52,394 bases of DNA, from IMG/VR virus record IMGVR_UViG_3300042291_001547, positions 1 through 52,394 of that record; one strand, written 5' to 3'. A program made the translations under genes and the position numbers. Positions 52,159 through 52,394 of the stretch are shown here, piece by piece; the stretch's first letter is position 1, and each line of letters opens with the position of its first letter. The notes beneath the pieces were generated by a model. The model was given only the letters and a program-made list of their open reading frames with translations. It searched no databases and had not been told where the DNA came from. The stretch comes from a virus (taxonomy: Duplodnaviria; Caudoviricetes).

Positions 52159-52371
52159 GTGGGCAGAAACGCTATGTGGGCAGGGATGTGGGCAGCTGTA
52201 ACCCCCTGATTCTACTCTTCTTATTTATATATATACCCACATACCCACATAAGTATATAAAAGTACGCATATAGGAGAGTGTATATACTGTATAAGTATA
52301 CATATATGTGTTTCTGTAACATAGCGAATAGGAAAGGGGGTTTTTGTGGGCAGGTGGGCAGATGTGGGCAG
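52145..52371. promoter_or_regulatory. Putative replication origin with GTGGGCAG iterons flanking an AT-rich core
   Basis: GTGGGCAG at 52159, 52176, 52188, 52346, 52354 and 52364; inverted copy at 52145; two ATACCCACAT variants at ~52233-52250; AT-rich 52210-52330. Confidence 0.7.
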
Positions 52372-52394
52372 GGAGAGTTCCCTGGAGAAAAAGC
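52364..52394. repeat. Terminal direct repeat / circular overlap (right copy)
   Basis: Matches 1-31 with 2 mismatches. Confidence 0.85.

Overview
The window looks like an essentially complete ~52.4 kb dsDNA tailed-phage genome, probably podovirus-like with a Gram-negative host; its two ends share a 31-nt near-identical overlap. Layout: (i) VRR-NUC nuclease and SNF2 helicase; (ii) a leftward putative early operon (~1.5-4.2 kb); (iii) a rightward virion/lysis operon with P22-like TerL, portal, scaffold, N4-gp56-like capsid, tail, lysis and ejection genes, ending in a 3913-aa polyvalent protein; (iv) a leftward replication operon (DUF2800 nuclease, DUF2815 SSB, PolA); (v) a rightward cluster of small genes, a primase-helicase and an iteron-like origin. 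No integrase, tRNA or CRISPR array was seen. Four signals stand out. First, two complete hammerhead ribozymes (type III and type II) lie on the same strand of the early operon and bracket five genes. Second, six covarying GGA-loop hairpins cover Shine-Dalgarno sites. Third, the giant protein is divided into modules by a repeated FSRKQ linker and carries a zincin motif. Fourth, an apparently real 72-codon gene is overprinted inside that giant gene. All family assignments come from manual motif recognition, not database searches.
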